A stretch of DNA of 64,000 nt, from contig CACDWM010000004.1 of the NCBI GenBank assembly GCA_902556505.1, forward strand, positions 5,716 through 69,715. The letters are read 5' to 3'. The notes below the pieces were generated by a model that did no database searches, was not told the DNA's origin, and was given only the letters and a program-made list of their open reading frames with translations. Shown here piece by piece: positions 28,426 to 38,438 of this stretch. How positions within the stretch are numbered: the first letter of the stretch is position 1; the number at the start of each line of letters is the position of its first letter. The DNA comes from an uncultured Pelagibacteraceae bacterium. GTDB lineage: Bacteria; Pseudomonadota; Alphaproteobacteria; Pelagibacterales; Pelagibacteraceae. A program made the translations under genes and the position numbers.

Positions 28426-30285
28426 CTACGAAGCTTTTTTCTTCTCGTTCTCATCCACTATATGGTAGACAGGAACTTTCTCCATACTAAATTTACCAGT
28501 CTTAGGATCTCTTCTAGAAACTGTTAAACAATGCCAATTTTCATCATCAAGTTTCATATGGTCACCTCTGTAATAGTAGCCTGGCCATCTAGTTTCTTCT
28601 CTAAATAATGTATGTTCCGTTACACACTGAGAAGTCAAAGCTCTATGTTTTAACTCCCAAGCTCTCATAAGCTGGTGATAATCTTCAGCGCCAACATGCT
28701 CCAGGTCTTCTTGTAGCCAATCTAGCAACTCAAGCCCTCTTTTCAGCATATTACCATTAGTCATGTAATTTGAGGTAATTCCACCAACATATTCATCCAT
28801 TATTTTCTGCAATCTTTGAAGACCTTGAATTGGAGATATATAGCTTGGAGAAACTGTTCCACCAGTAATCTCATTTCTAGCAACTGTGTAGTTTTCTAGT
28901 GGTTTATAAACTGCAGTTTTGAAATCCTCACACTGTTTATCTGAAACTTTAACACCTTCTGCTTTTTTGTCTTCAATATATTTAACAGCAGCTTTTGCAG
29001 CTAATCTACCTTCTGTAAAAGATCCAGATGAAAACTTATGGGCACTTCCACCAACTGTATCTCCTGCACCAAATAAACCATCAATGGTTAGCATTCTGTT
29101 ATAACCCCAAAAATATTCTGGTGGTGATAAATCCTCAGGCCCACTCACCCATGCGCCAGAACAAGTAGCATGTGAACCCATTACATAAGGTTCAGATGTA
29201 GTTAATTCTGGATTTGTGTATTTTGGATCAATATTTTGAGATGCCCAAACAACAGCTTGACCAACAGTCATTCCTAAAAAATTTTCCCAACCTACTGTTT
29301 CTAAATGCGGATCTTGGAAAGCCTCAGTAGTTACCATATGGATTGGTCCACCACCTGCAGCTACTTCCTGAATAAACGCATGATTTCTCAAACAAGTTGG
29401 TGTTGGGTGATGATCAATGTATTCTCCAACTAACTCTTTAGTTTGGTCATACCATTTTTTCTCATAGTTTTCGCCATTTGCATTTTGTGTGTATGTTTTT
29501 AAATGAAGGAAATATGCTCCAACTGGTCCATATCCATCTTTAAATCTACATAATACAATTCTGTTTTCCATTTGAGTCATCTTTGCACCTGCTGCAATAG
29601 GTAATGCATATGCAGATCCATTACTCCATGGTGCATACCAAGTTCTACCCATTCCTTCTCCAACCGCTCTTGGTTTAAAGATGTGTGAAGCTCCACCAGC
29701 AGCAACAATTACTGCTTTTGCTCTAAATACATGAAAATCACCTGTTCTCATATTAAACCCAACTGCTCCACCAATTCTATTGTCTTGAGACTCGTCCATT
29801 AAAAGATGAGTAATCATTATTCTGTTATAAATTTTATCTGCAGATTTTTTTGCTGCTTCTGCAACAATCGGTTTATAACTTTCACCGTGGATCATTATCT
29901 GCCATTTACCTTCTCTTAAGTATCTTCCGGTTTCTTCATTCTTCATCATTGGAAGACCCCATTCATCAAACATATGAACTGTAGAGTCTACGTGACGAGC
30001 CATGTCATAACCTAAATCTTCTCTTACCATTCCCATTAAATCATTTCTTGCATATCTTACGTGATCTTCTGGTTGGTTTTCACCCCACTGCATTCCCATA
30101 TAGCAGTTAATCGCATAAAGTCCTTGAGCAACAGCTCCACTTCTATCAATGTTAGCTTTTTCAACACAAACAATTTTCAAGTCTCTACCCCAGTGTCTTG
30201 CCTCAAAGGTAGCACCTGTACCAGCCATACCTCCACCAACAACTAATATATCGCAATCTTCGTAATGTGTTTTATGACTAGCCAT
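28426..30285 (-). CDS. aprA: Adenylylsulfate (APS) reductase alpha subunit
   Basis: GGGMAG, RSGAVAQGL, WQIMIHGESYK, RFKDGYGPVG, HKFSSGS, ETRWPGYYYR. Confidence 0.99.
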   Translation of the reverse strand: MASHKTHYEDCDILVVGGGMAGTGATFEARHWGRDLKIVCVEKANIDRSGAVAQGLYAINCYMGMQWGENQPEDHVRYARNDLMGMVREDLGYDMARHVDSTVHMFDEWGLPMMKNEETGRYLREGKWQIMIHGESYKPIVAEAAKKSADKIYNRIMITHLLMDESQDNRIGGAVGFNMRTGDFHVFRAKAVIVAAGGASHIFKPRAVGEGMGRTWYAPWSNGSAYALPIAAGAKMTQMENRIVLCRFKDGYGPVGAYFLHLKTYTQNANGENYEKKWYDQTKELVGEYIDHHPTPTCLRNHAFIQEVAAGGGPIHMVTTEAFQDPHLETVGWENFLGMTVGQAVVWASQNIDPKYTNPELTTSEPYVMGSHATCSGAWVSGPEDLSPPEYFWGYNRMLTIDGLFGAGDTVGGSAHKFSSGSFTEGRLAAKAAVKYIEDKKAEGVKVSDKQCEDFKTAVYKPLENYTVARNEITGGTVSPSYISPIQGLQRLQKIMDEYVGGITSNYMTNGNMLKRGLELLDWLQEDLEHVGAEDYHQLMRAWELKHRALTSQCVTEHTLFREETRWPGYYYRGDHMKLDDENWHCLTVSRRDPKTGKFSMEKVPVYHIVDENEKKKAS

Positions 30286-30755
30286 TAATAGTAAACTCCT
30301 TTTTTGAACGACTCTTTGGGTACAGTTGGAAGCTCTCCATCTATATTCAATCCCTCTGGTTCAGTGTATAATCTTTGTGAATTTATCTCTCCTTGATTAG
30401 GTTTGTCCCCCTCAGCTAATTTTGGAATAAATTTTCCCCAAGGTTTAGTTGTTATTGGAGATACGAAATTTTTTTCAGTTCCATTTCTAAATTTAATTTT
30501 CCAAGAAATTGTTCCTTTTTCTTCTTCTCTTCTTACTCTAACGCTGTGGCCCATTGGAGCAAAGTCTGCATATCCTCTAACATCAATAGCGTGGTTAGGA
30601 CAAGCTTTGACACAAGAATAACATTCCCAACAAAAGTTAGGTTCAATATTTTTTGCACGTCTGATGTTTTCATCAATGTGCATTATATCTGATGGACAAA
30701 TATCTACGCAATGACCACAGCCATCACATCTTGTCATATAAACAAATGTTGACAT
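30285..30755 (-). CDS. aprB: APS reductase beta subunit (2x[4Fe-4S])
   Basis: CDGCGHCVDICP, CWECYSCVKACP, VRGYADF, WKIKFRNG. Confidence 0.99.
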   Translation of the reverse strand: MSTFVYMTRCDGCGHCVDICPSDIMHIDENIRRAKNIEPNFCWECYSCVKACPNHAIDVRGYADFAPMGHSVRVRREEEKGTISWKIKFRNGTEKNFVSPITTKPWGKFIPKLAEGDKPNQGEINSQRLYTEPEGLNIDGELPTVPKESFKKGVYY

Positions 30756-30788
30756 ATTATTCTCTCTCCTTTTTTAATTTTATCATAA

Positions 30789-31589
30789 TTAATAATGTTT
30801 AGGTTGTTCTCTTTTAATACCTAAACCAAATTGTTCAGGTGCATCTGCAGGTGGCGGTAAATTATCTCTAGAACCATCTGCTTCTGCTAAATTCTTTTGT
30901 ATTGCTGCACCAGGTTTATAAAACATATGTGCAAACTTAGACCAATAAACTCCTCCGAATAAAACTAAGTTTGAAACTATAAATAAAACTAAAAATAAAT
31001 TCGCATCCCATCTTCCCTCTAAATTTAAGCTTTGAAGATATGACCATATAAATCCTGTTAATGAAGTAGCAATTAATGCTAATACAAATAAATCTGCTTT
31101 AATAATTCTGTACCAAGGTTGCGCTTCAGAATAAACATCAACTCTTAAGAAGAACCAAAACCACGATCCACCCAAGATAGTCATTAAAGCACCTACGTGC
31201 CAGATCATTGGCCAAATAGTCGGTGTTTCCGCATTTGCTGATGAATAACAAAATATCATCACAACAGAGCCAACCCAAAACAATATAGTACCGTACATAC
31301 CAAGAACATGTGCTACTCTTCTTTTGCCCGCCCCTAGTTCTGATGTAGTTCCGATGTCGTATGCAATTGTTTTCGATACAACTGCAATTCTTTCACCAGT
31401 CGACAGTTCTTTAGTCGCATTTTTTTTTGCTTTCTTAGCGTTTTCAAAAAAATATTTCACATTCTTTTTATGAATTATGTCTAAAAGAGTGCCTGCAACA
31501 ATTAATAAAACCATTAACACCACAAAACCTTGCATAACTATAGATGGAACTGTTTCAGCTAGAATTGAAAAAGGATTTGTTGCAAACAT
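30789..31589 (-). CDS. aprM: APS reductase membrane anchor AprM
   Basis: About 5 TM, DIIHKK..KYFF, RRVAHVL.MYG, WSKFAHMFYKP; aprMBA order. Confidence 0.93.
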   Translation of the reverse strand: MFATNPFSILAETVPSIVMQGFVVLMVLLIVAGTLLDIIHKKNVKYFFENAKKAKKNATKELSTGERIAVVSKTIAYDIGTTSELGAGKRRVAHVLGMYGTILFWVGSVVMIFCYSSANAETPTIWPMIWHVGALMTILGGSWFWFFLRVDVYSEAQPWYRIIKADLFVLALIATSLTGFIWSYLQSLNLEGRWDANLFLVLFIVSNLVLFGGVYWSKFAHMFYKPGAAIQKNLAEADGSRDNLPPPADAPEQFGLGIKREQPKHY

Positions 31590-31694
31590 TTTTAATACTC
31601 TTGTAAAATAAAATTGAATTAATTTAGGGTTTTCTATTCTAGATATTTATAGAGTTCAACCAAAAGTATTGGTCAATTTGTCTTTAATAACAAC

Positions 31695-32093
31695 TCAGAC
31701 TTTACGTTTGTAGTGTTGTTTGTTGGGAATCACTGATCTAACACCACCCTGAGGATTCTCCACATCCCCCTCTCTTCTGGGAATTAGATGAATATGACAA
31801 TGCATAATTGATTGGCCTGCAGATTTTCCTGCATTTGTGCCTATATTAAAACCTTTAACATTAGAATCTTGTTTTAAAATTTTTTCTTTAGTTTTTAAAA
31901 TGAGCTCATTACATGCCTGAATTTCTTCTTTAGTAAGTTCAAAATATGTCTCTACATGTCTTTTGGGAACTATAAGACTATGAAATTCTGAGACAGGGTA
32001 GCTATCTGTAGATGAATAAGCTAATTGATTTTCGAATTGGAGCTCTTCTTTTCTGATTTTACAAAATATACAAGGGTTGTTTGGATCTTTCAT
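31695..32093 (-). CDS. HIT-family nucleotide hydrolase
   Basis: CIFC, HSLIVPKRH, AGQSIMHCHIHLIPR histidine triad. Confidence 0.95.
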   Translation of the reverse strand: MKDPNNPCIFCKIRKEELQFENQLAYSSTDSYPVSEFHSLIVPKRHVETYFELTKEEIQACNELILKTKEKILKQDSNVKGFNIGTNAGKSAGQSIMHCHIHLIPRREGDVENPQGGVRSVIPNKQHYKRKV

Positions 32094-32839
32094 ATTTTAA
32101 CAAGAGAATTATATATTTTATTAAGCTTATTGTAGCAATTACTCTTTTTTCTCTTCCATTTTAGTTCTTTTATTTTTGAAACTGATGTTACTCCTTTGCC
32201 GGATCCGATAAGAATTATTTCATCATAATCATCAATTGATTTAATACAAATATCTTTAAAATTAATTTTAATTTTCTTGCTTATAAATTTAAGTGTATTT
32301 CCAAAATAACAATTCTTTTTAGGTGAAAATATCTTTCCATTTTTCACAAAAACTAAATTTGAAGTACCAGTTTCTAAAATTTTATCCTTTGCGACTAGAG
32401 CAATATCAAATTTAGTTGAATCAACTTTGCTTAATTTTGCTAATATTTTTTTATAATATAGATTTTTATAATTTGGGTCTACTCGTTTATATTTAAACAA
32501 TAAAAGATTAAAATTACTTTTTGGTTTTGGTCTTTTTCTAATTGAGACTGATATCAGTTTTTTATTTAACGCTATACGAAATAAATTATCAGAACCTTTG
32601 TATAGAGTGTTTTTATTAATTAAATATTTAATAATATTTTTTAAATTTTTTTTTCTTATTCCATATTTTTTTGTAGATTTTATTAAGTTTTCTATATGGG
32701 GTTTTAAAAGTATTAACTTAGGAGGTTTTCCAACCATTCGCATTGTAGTAAATACACCTCTAGAACCCCAAAGATCTTTGAAAGTAACTTCTTTAAGATT
32801 ACTAAGCTGATAAGATTTTTTTAATAATAGTGTTGCCAT
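32090..32839 (-). CDS. pabC: Class IV aminotransferase-like protein, probable aminodeoxychorismate lyase
   Basis: GVFTTMR, YK, ILETGTSNL; follows pabB-pabA; divergent sequence. Confidence 0.7.
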   Translation of the reverse strand: MATLLLKKSYQLSNLKEVTFKDLWGSRGVFTTMRMVGKPPKLILLKPHIENLIKSTKKYGIRKKNLKNIIKYLINKNTLYKGSDNLFRIALNKKLISVSIRKRPKPKSNFNLLLFKYKRVDPNYKNLYYKKILAKLSKVDSTKFDIALVAKDKILETGTSNLVFVKNGKIFSPKKNCYFGNTLKFISKKIKINFKDICIKSIDDYDEIILIGSGKGVTSVSKIKELKWKRKKSNCYNKLNKIYNSLVKI

Positions 32840-33359
32840 TTTCTGTTAAAAAAGATTCTGGATGAAATTGAAATCCATATATTTTATTTTGATTATCCTC
32901 AAGTCCCATTGGTATTTTTGTTTTACTACATCTCATAGTTATTTTAATTGAATTCGATTTAAATGGCTCCATTAATTTTAATGAATGATATCTTCCAACT
33001 TTAAACTGTTGATTGTTTGTAAAAATTTTACTTTGATTATTTGTTTTTATTTTGGATTGAAAACCATGATAAATTTTTTTTTGCTGTATTATTTTGCCTC
33101 CTTCATTATGTAAAATCATTTGATAACCAAGACAAATTCCAATAATTTTTTTCCTTCCTTTGTATTTTTTATAAATATTTGAAGTAGTAGGATAATCCTT
33201 TGGTGATCCAGGTCCTGGTGATAAAACGATCACATCACTTTTATCAAGTAATTTGTTATTTAACTCATAATAATTTGAACAAAAAACTTTATCAAATTTT
33301 GCAAATTGATGAACAACATTCCAAGTAAAAGAATCTTGATGATCTATAATGTAAATCAT
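32802..33359 (-). CDS. pabA: Aminodeoxychorismate/anthranilate synthase component II (glutamine amidotransferase)
   Basis: DSFTWN, SPGPGSP, GICLG, RYHSL, QFHPES. Confidence 0.85.
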   Translation of the reverse strand: MIYIIDHQDSFTWNVVHQFAKFDKVFCSNYYELNNKLLDKSDVIVLSPGPGSPKDYPTTSNIYKKYKGRKKIIGICLGYQMILHNEGGKIIQQKKIYHGFQSKIKTNNQSKIFTNNQQFKVGRYHSLKLMEPFKSNSIKITMRCSKTKIPMGLEDNQNKIYGFQFHPESFLTENGNTIIKKILSA

Positions 33360-34570
33360 TTAAATAACTCCAATAAAGATTTTGCTTTAATATAATTTTC
33401 ATTAAATTCTTTCTTAGGGGAACTATCTAATACTACTCCAGACGCAGCAGAGATCTCTGATTGATTTTTATAATTTAATATAGATCTAATTATTATATTA
33501 AACTTCATATCTTGATTAAATTTAATAAGTCCAAAACTTCCTGTAAAAATATTTCTACTTTCTTTTTCCTGATTATTTAAAAGTTCTAATGTTCTTATCT
33601 TAGGACAGCCAATTACAGATCCGCCCGGCATCATTGCCTTAATGATATCAATCAATTTTATATTTTTATTTAATATTCCGCCAATTGAAGTCACATAATG
33701 AAAAAGATGCTTATATTCCTCGACATATTTTTTTTTGAGTATTTTAACACTTCCTGGTTTACAAATTTTAGATAAATCACTTCTTTCCATATCAACTATC
33801 ATGTTGTGTTCTTTGGTTTCTTTCTCATTATTTTTGAAATATTTAAGAGCTGTATTTTTATTAGAAGAGTATTTTTTCTTAAAAGTACCAGCAATTGGTT
33901 TTGTAATTATTTTGTTTTTTTTCTTATCTATCAATGTTTCTGGAGAGCAGCTTACTATAGAATAATCCTTATCTTTTATCATAAATGACTCTGGGGATGC
34001 ATTAACCTTCATTAATTTCCAAAAAAAATTAATAGGATTAATTAAAGATTTATTTTTATATTTTGTACAAATTTTAATTTGATAAGTCTCACCTTGTCTT
34101 ATTTTTTTTGAAAATAATTCAAATATTTTTTTATATTTTGCATAAGAAATATTAATCTTAAAGGGACTTAGTATTTGAGTTTTGTTGAATTGATAATTGA
34201 ATTTATGTTTTTTTTTACTAGATATAACTTTAATATCTTTTCTAATTTTAATTATAGTCTCAGGTTTATAAAAAATTCCTTTATAAAAGTTTATCCTTTT
34301 TTTATTTTTTAAATTAATACCAATTAAATTACATAAAATTTCATAACCAAAAAAACCAAGATATAAATCTGTTTCTTTTTTGTATTTTTTTTTCTCTAAC
34401 GATTTAAGAAAATTATGTATATTTTTTTTTGTTAAAATGATCTTTTTTGAAAAATCTGTATAAATATTATAGCCATCTTCTACTTTATAAATAATTAAAG
34501 GTTTATCTGATTGATACAGATCCTCTAGATAAGGGTTAAATTTAAACTTATGCTGGTTGAGTTCTTTCAA
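33356..34570 (-). CDS. pabB: Aminodeoxychorismate synthase component I
   Basis: GETYQ, SPE, KPIAGT, EHNMIVDMERSD, PGGSVIGCPK; PIxGT and the pabC neighbour favour PabB over TrpE. Confidence 0.8.
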   Translation of the reverse strand: MKELNQHKFKFNPYLEDLYQSDKPLIIYKVEDGYNIYTDFSKKIILTKKNIHNFLKSLEKKKYKKETDLYLGFFGYEILCNLIGINLKNKKRINFYKGIFYKPETIIKIRKDIKVISSKKKHKFNYQFNKTQILSPFKINISYAKYKKIFELFSKKIRQGETYQIKICTKYKNKSLINPINFFWKLMKVNASPESFMIKDKDYSIVSCSPETLIDKKKNKIITKPIAGTFKKKYSSNKNTALKYFKNNEKETKEHNMIVDMERSDLSKICKPGSVKILKKKYVEEYKHLFHYVTSIGGILNKNIKLIDIIKAMMPGGSVIGCPKIRTLELLNNQEKESRNIFTGSFGLIKFNQDMKFNIIIRSILNYKNQSEISAASGVVLDSSPKKEFNENYIKAKSLLELFK

Positions 34571-35768
34571 TTGCTTTCTCTACTATAGGTAAATGTATCA
34601 GACCTGCAAAAATTGATAATGCGATAGATCCGTACCATGCATAATCAAAATTTCCGTTTAATTCATAAAATACACCACCTAGATACGCTCCTAGGAAAGA
34701 ACCAATTTGATGGCTTACAAAAACAATTCCATATAAAAGTCCAACGTATTTTGTACCAAATATATGTGCAACGATTCCATTTGTTGGAGGAACTGTGGAT
34801 AACCATAAAAAACCAAAAGTAACTCCAAAAACTACCGAGTTAAATATACTTGGTGGTAAAAAAATAAAATAAATTATAGAAACTCCTCTTAATAGATAAA
34901 TGGAACTTAAAATTTTTTTCTTACTATACCTTGTTGCTAAATAACCGCTGGTAATCGTACCGGCCATATTAAATACACCAATCAAAGCTAAAACCATTGC
35001 AGGTGTCCAGTCAGGCAAACCTTTGTCTGCCATATACGTAGGAATGTGTGTTGCTACTAAAGCAATATGCCAACCACAAACAAAAAAACCTAAAGTGAGA
35101 TAAATAAAACTTTTATTTGCAAATGCCTCTTTTAGCGCCTCTCTTGCTGTTTGATTATTTTCTTGATTAACTCCTACAGGTATTTTTGGAGTACTAACAA
35201 ACAAAGCAACCACTAATCCTAATCCTAAAAGAAGAGAAAAATATAAAAGAGTATTCTCCCAGCCTGTTTCAACTAATGAATATCTTACAAGTAAAGGAGA
35301 TACAAAATATCCAAATGAACCTGCACATGTAACAATTCCTGTTGCAATAGTTCTATTAGATGCTGGAAAATGTTTAGCTACTACTGAAACTGGGATACCT
35401 ATTGCAGTGGAGCCTAAGCCTATTCCAATCATCACTCCTATAGTTAAAGTAAAATAACCTCCAGTATTATAGCCAGAATAAAAAAGCAAAACCCCAACTA
35501 AATAAAAAACAAAACCAATAAATATTGCAACAGCTCCTCCGTATTTATCAGTAATTACACCAAACAACGGACTGAATACTCCCCAAAGTAATAACTGTAA
35601 CCCCATAACAAAACCAAAATGAGAAATGGTAATATCTAAGTCAGTATTAAAATCAAAATAAAACAATCCAAAGGTCTGTCTTATTCCTAAAGAAATAATT
35701 ACAACTATTGAAGCAGCAATTAAAGTGATTAGTGCTTTTTTGCTAATAGTAAAACTTTCTGAACTCAT
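34548..35768 (-). CDS. MFS transporter
   Basis: 12 TM, GVITDKYG, GFFVCGWH, WLSTVPPT, HQIGSFLG. Confidence 0.93.
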   Translation of the reverse strand: MSSESFTISKKALITLIAASIVVIISLGIRQTFGLFYFDFNTDLDITISHFGFVMGLQLLLWGVFSPLFGVITDKYGGAVAIFIGFVFYLVGVLLFYSGYNTGGYFTLTIGVMIGIGLGSTAIGIPVSVVAKHFPASNRTIATGIVTCAGSFGYFVSPLLVRYSLVETGWENTLLYFSLLLGLGLVVALFVSTPKIPVGVNQENNQTAREALKEAFANKSFIYLTLGFFVCGWHIALVATHIPTYMADKGLPDWTPAMVLALIGVFNMAGTITSGYLATRYSKKKILSSIYLLRGVSIIYFIFLPPSIFNSVVFGVTFGFLWLSTVPPTNGIVAHIFGTKYVGLLYGIVFVSHQIGSFLGAYLGGVFYELNGNFDYAWYGSIALSIFAGLIHLPIVEKAIERTQPA

Positions 35769-36943
35769 TTAATAAATTTTAATGCTTGTTTTATATCATC
35801 TATAATGTCTTTAGGATCTTCAAGTCCAATATGCATCCTTATTATATGTTCATCTTTATTCAAATGTGTAAATTGTCTCTTTCCTAGTGCTTGGTGTGTT
35901 TGATAAAGTGCTAAGCTTTCGAAACCTCCCCAACTAAATCCATAGCCGAAAAGTTTTAAAGAATTAACAAATTTTAACACTGAGTTCTTATTTTTTGATT
36001 TTATTTTAAATCCTAATAAACCCGATGCACCAGAATAATATTTTTTCCATAATTTATAATTTTGACTACCTTTTTTATATGGATAAAAAACTTTAATTAT
36101 TTTTTTCTGTTTTGATAAAAACTTGGAGACTTTTAGTGCATTTTCCTGATGTTTTTCCAATCTTACATCTAGAGTTCGAATACCTCTTAAAATTAAATAC
36201 GCATCATCAGGGCCTAATCTTAATCCTGAAACTTTACTTGTTGCTTCTACTAATTTAAAAACTCGTTTACTTATAGCTAAACTGCCACCCATTACATCTG
36301 AGTGACCAGAATAATATTTTGTTGCAGAAACAATCGACATATCAAAACCTAGCTTTATTGGTTTAAGAAAATAAGGTGTCCCCCAAGTGTTATCTATGGC
36401 TGTATAAATTTTATTTTTTTTTGCCAATGCAACTATTTTAGATAAATCTTGAAATTCAAAAGTGTTGCTTCCAGGATTTTCGACAAAAATAAGCTTTGTT
36501 TTTTTTGTAATTTTACTTTTTAGATCATTAAAGTCATTTGGATTGTAAAATATTGCTCTGATATTAAATTTTTTAAGGTATGTCTCTGTTAAAAGTCTTG
36601 ATGGCGAATAAACTGAGTCTGTAACAAGTATTTCATCATCTGGTTTCACAACGCTTAACACACCAAGAAATATTGCACCAAAACCAGTAGGGGTTAGATA
36701 AACTTTATAACATTCTTCAATTTTTCTTAAAATTTGTTGTAAAGCATATGTTGTAGATGTTCCCTGTCGACCATAATCAAAATTTCCACTTACTGGATCT
36801 TTCAAATATTTATTCTGAGTTTTTTTAATATCCTGCAAAGATTTAAAAATAATAGTAGAAGCTCTTACCACAGGAGGATTTACTGACTGATTATGAAAAT
36901 CTTTAGCTGTATGTTTCAGGAAAGTCTTGAAGGAATTACCCAT
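35765..36943 (-). CDS. metC: Cystathionine beta-lyase
   Basis: VNPPVVRAST, YGRQGT, ENPGS, DNTW, ATKYYSGHSD (PLP Lys), GFSWGGFES, GLED. Confidence 0.92.
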   Translation of the reverse strand: MGNSFKTFLKHTAKDFHNQSVNPPVVRASTIIFKSLQDIKKTQNKYLKDPVSGNFDYGRQGTSTTYALQQILRKIEECYKVYLTPTGFGAIFLGVLSVVKPDDEILVTDSVYSPSRLLTETYLKKFNIRAIFYNPNDFNDLKSKITKKTKLIFVENPGSNTFEFQDLSKIVALAKKNKIYTAIDNTWGTPYFLKPIKLGFDMSIVSATKYYSGHSDVMGGSLAISKRVFKLVEATSKVSGLRLGPDDAYLILRGIRTLDVRLEKHQENALKVSKFLSKQKKIIKVFYPYKKGSQNYKLWKKYYSGASGLLGFKIKSKNKNSVLKFVNSLKLFGYGFSWGGFESLALYQTHQALGKRQFTHLNKDEHIIRMHIGLEDPKDIIDDIKQALKFIK

Positions 36944-36950
36944 AATAAAT

Positions 36951-36979
36951 TTGATATGTTATTAAGACAATGCTATATC
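36951..36979 (+). promoter_or_regulatory. Putative sigma70 promoter for the 27-aa basic peptide
   Basis: TTGAT-N16-GCTATATC, matching the Caulobacter-type TTG..-N16-GCTANAWC consensus. Confidence 0.6.
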
Positions 36980-37015
36980 CCATGAAAAACGTCAATAAAA
37001 TTAAAATAGGACTAA

Positions 37016-37099
37016 ATGAGTTACCCAAAGAAACATAGAGGCCGAAGAAAACAAGGGTCTAAAAAAAGAAGAGCTAAAAGAAAAAATAAGAAGAAATAA
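37016..37099 (+). CDS. Tiny ultra-basic peptide (27 aa, not in ORF track)
   Basis: MSYPKKHRGRRKQGSKKRRAKRKNKKK*; AGGA 4 nt before the ATG; promoter upstream. Confidence 0.7.
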   Translation: MSYPKKHRGRRKQGSKKRRAKRKNKKK

Positions 37100-37107
37100 T
37101 TCTTCTG

Positions 37108-38226
37108 CTATTCTTTAATCCAACCACCACCAAGCACTTTGTGGCCAAACTGGTCTTTACGATAAAAAACACATGCCTGACCAGGTGAAATGCCGTCTTC
37201 AGGAATTGCTAAATTAACTTTAGCATTATTGTCATTTATAAGATCAACTTTTGCCTCTAGAAGACTTCCAGTAGATCTAACTTTAACAAATAAATTTTGA
37301 TCTAAATCCTCTTTGTTAGTTAATAAATTTATTTCCTTTAAAAAAATTGTGTTTTTTCCAAGTTTTTCTTTAGGTCCAACTATTATTTCATTTTTATCCG
37401 AATTTATCTTTAACACATAAAGGGCTTCTTTATCTGAAACTTTAATTCCTTTTCTCTGTCCAATTGTAAAATTAATTATTCCATCATGAACACCAATTAC
37501 ATCACCATCTAAATTTTTTATATTTCCTTTCTGAAAGGAGTCTGGTCTAAACTTTTGTATTACTGAAGCGTAATCACCATTTGGAACAAAACATATGTCC
37601 TGACTATCAGGTTTATCAGCAACGTTTAAATCTAAATTTTTTGCGATTTCTCTAGTTTTGTCTTTTAACATTCCACCTAATGGAAATCTTAAATAATCTA
37701 ATTGCTCTCTAGTTGTATTGAATAAAAAATAACTTTGGTCTCTATTTTCATCTATGGCTCTATACATATTTGTAGTTTTGTTTTCTGTAATACTTTTTAC
37801 ATAATGGCCAGTAACTAATGCATCAGCTTTGAGTTCTTTTGAAACTTCAAATAAATCTTTAAATTTAACAGTTTGATTACACTGAACACATGGAATTGGA
37901 GTTTCACCTTTTAAATAACTCTCAACAAAATTATCTATAACACCTTGCTTAAACTTGTCTTGGTAATATAAAATTTTATGCTCTATACCTAACTTGTGTG
38001 CAACACGTTTAGCGTCCATTATGTCTTGACCTGAACAGCATTGTTTTGATGCAGCTACTTCTTTACCATCGTCATAAAGTTTTAATGTTATACCAATTAC
38101 ATTGTAACCTTCTTTTTTCATGATGCCTGCTACAGTGGAAGAATCTACTCCACCCGACATTGCGACAACTATAGTAGTATCTGAGGGTTTTTTCTCTAAT
38201 CCAATAGAATTTAAATCTTTATTCAT
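37108..38226 (-). CDS. mnmA: tRNA 2-thiouridine(34) synthase
   Basis: [48 protein letters not shown]. Confidence 0.98.
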   Translation of the reverse strand: MNKDLNSIGLEKKPSDTTIVVAMSGGVDSSTVAGIMKKEGYNVIGITLKLYDDGKEVAASKQCCSGQDIMDAKRVAHKLGIEHKILYYQDKFKQGVIDNFVESYLKGETPIPCVQCNQTVKFKDLFEVSKELKADALVTGHYVKSITENKTTNMYRAIDENRDQSYFLFNTTREQLDYLRFPLGGMLKDKTREIAKNLDLNVADKPDSQDICFVPNGDYASVIQKFRPDSFQKGNIKNLDGDVIGVHDGIINFTIGQRKGIKVSDKEALYVLKINSDKNEIIVGPKEKLGKNTIFLKEINLLTNKEDLDQNLFVKVRSTGSLLEAKVDLINDNNAKVNLAIPEDGISPGQACVFYRKDQFGHKVLGGGWIKE

Positions 38227-38267
38227 AAGGTGGTATTTATACTTATTTACAATATAAGTTAAATTAA

Positions 38268-38438
38268 ATGATTTTAGATTATGAACCAGGTGACAAAGTC
38301 ACTAATCCACAGAAAAAAGAATGGGGAATTGGGCAAGTGCAATCTATAATTAAAGATAAGGTGACAGTTAATTTTGAAAATGTTGGAAAAAAAGTAATTA
38401 ACGCAAAAAACGTTGAATTAAAAAAACTAGGAAAATGA
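38268..38438 (+). CDS. DUF3553-family small protein (56 aa, not in ORF track)
   Basis: [56 protein letters not shown]; WGIGQVQS...TVNFE.GK signature; ATGA overlap with cysQ. Confidence 0.9.
   Translation: MILDYEPGDKVTNPQKKEWGIGQVQSIIKDKVTVNFENVGKKVINAKNVELKKLGK

Noticed and set aside
28426-31589. Dissimilatory sulfate reduction
   Set aside because: aprM-anchored (oxidative-type) arrangement; no dsr, qmo or sat here.
36982-37038. Alternative 18-aa ORF MKNVNKIKIGLNELPKET overlapping the basic peptide
   Set aside because: Starts 2 nt after the predicted -10, has no RBS and no compositional signal.
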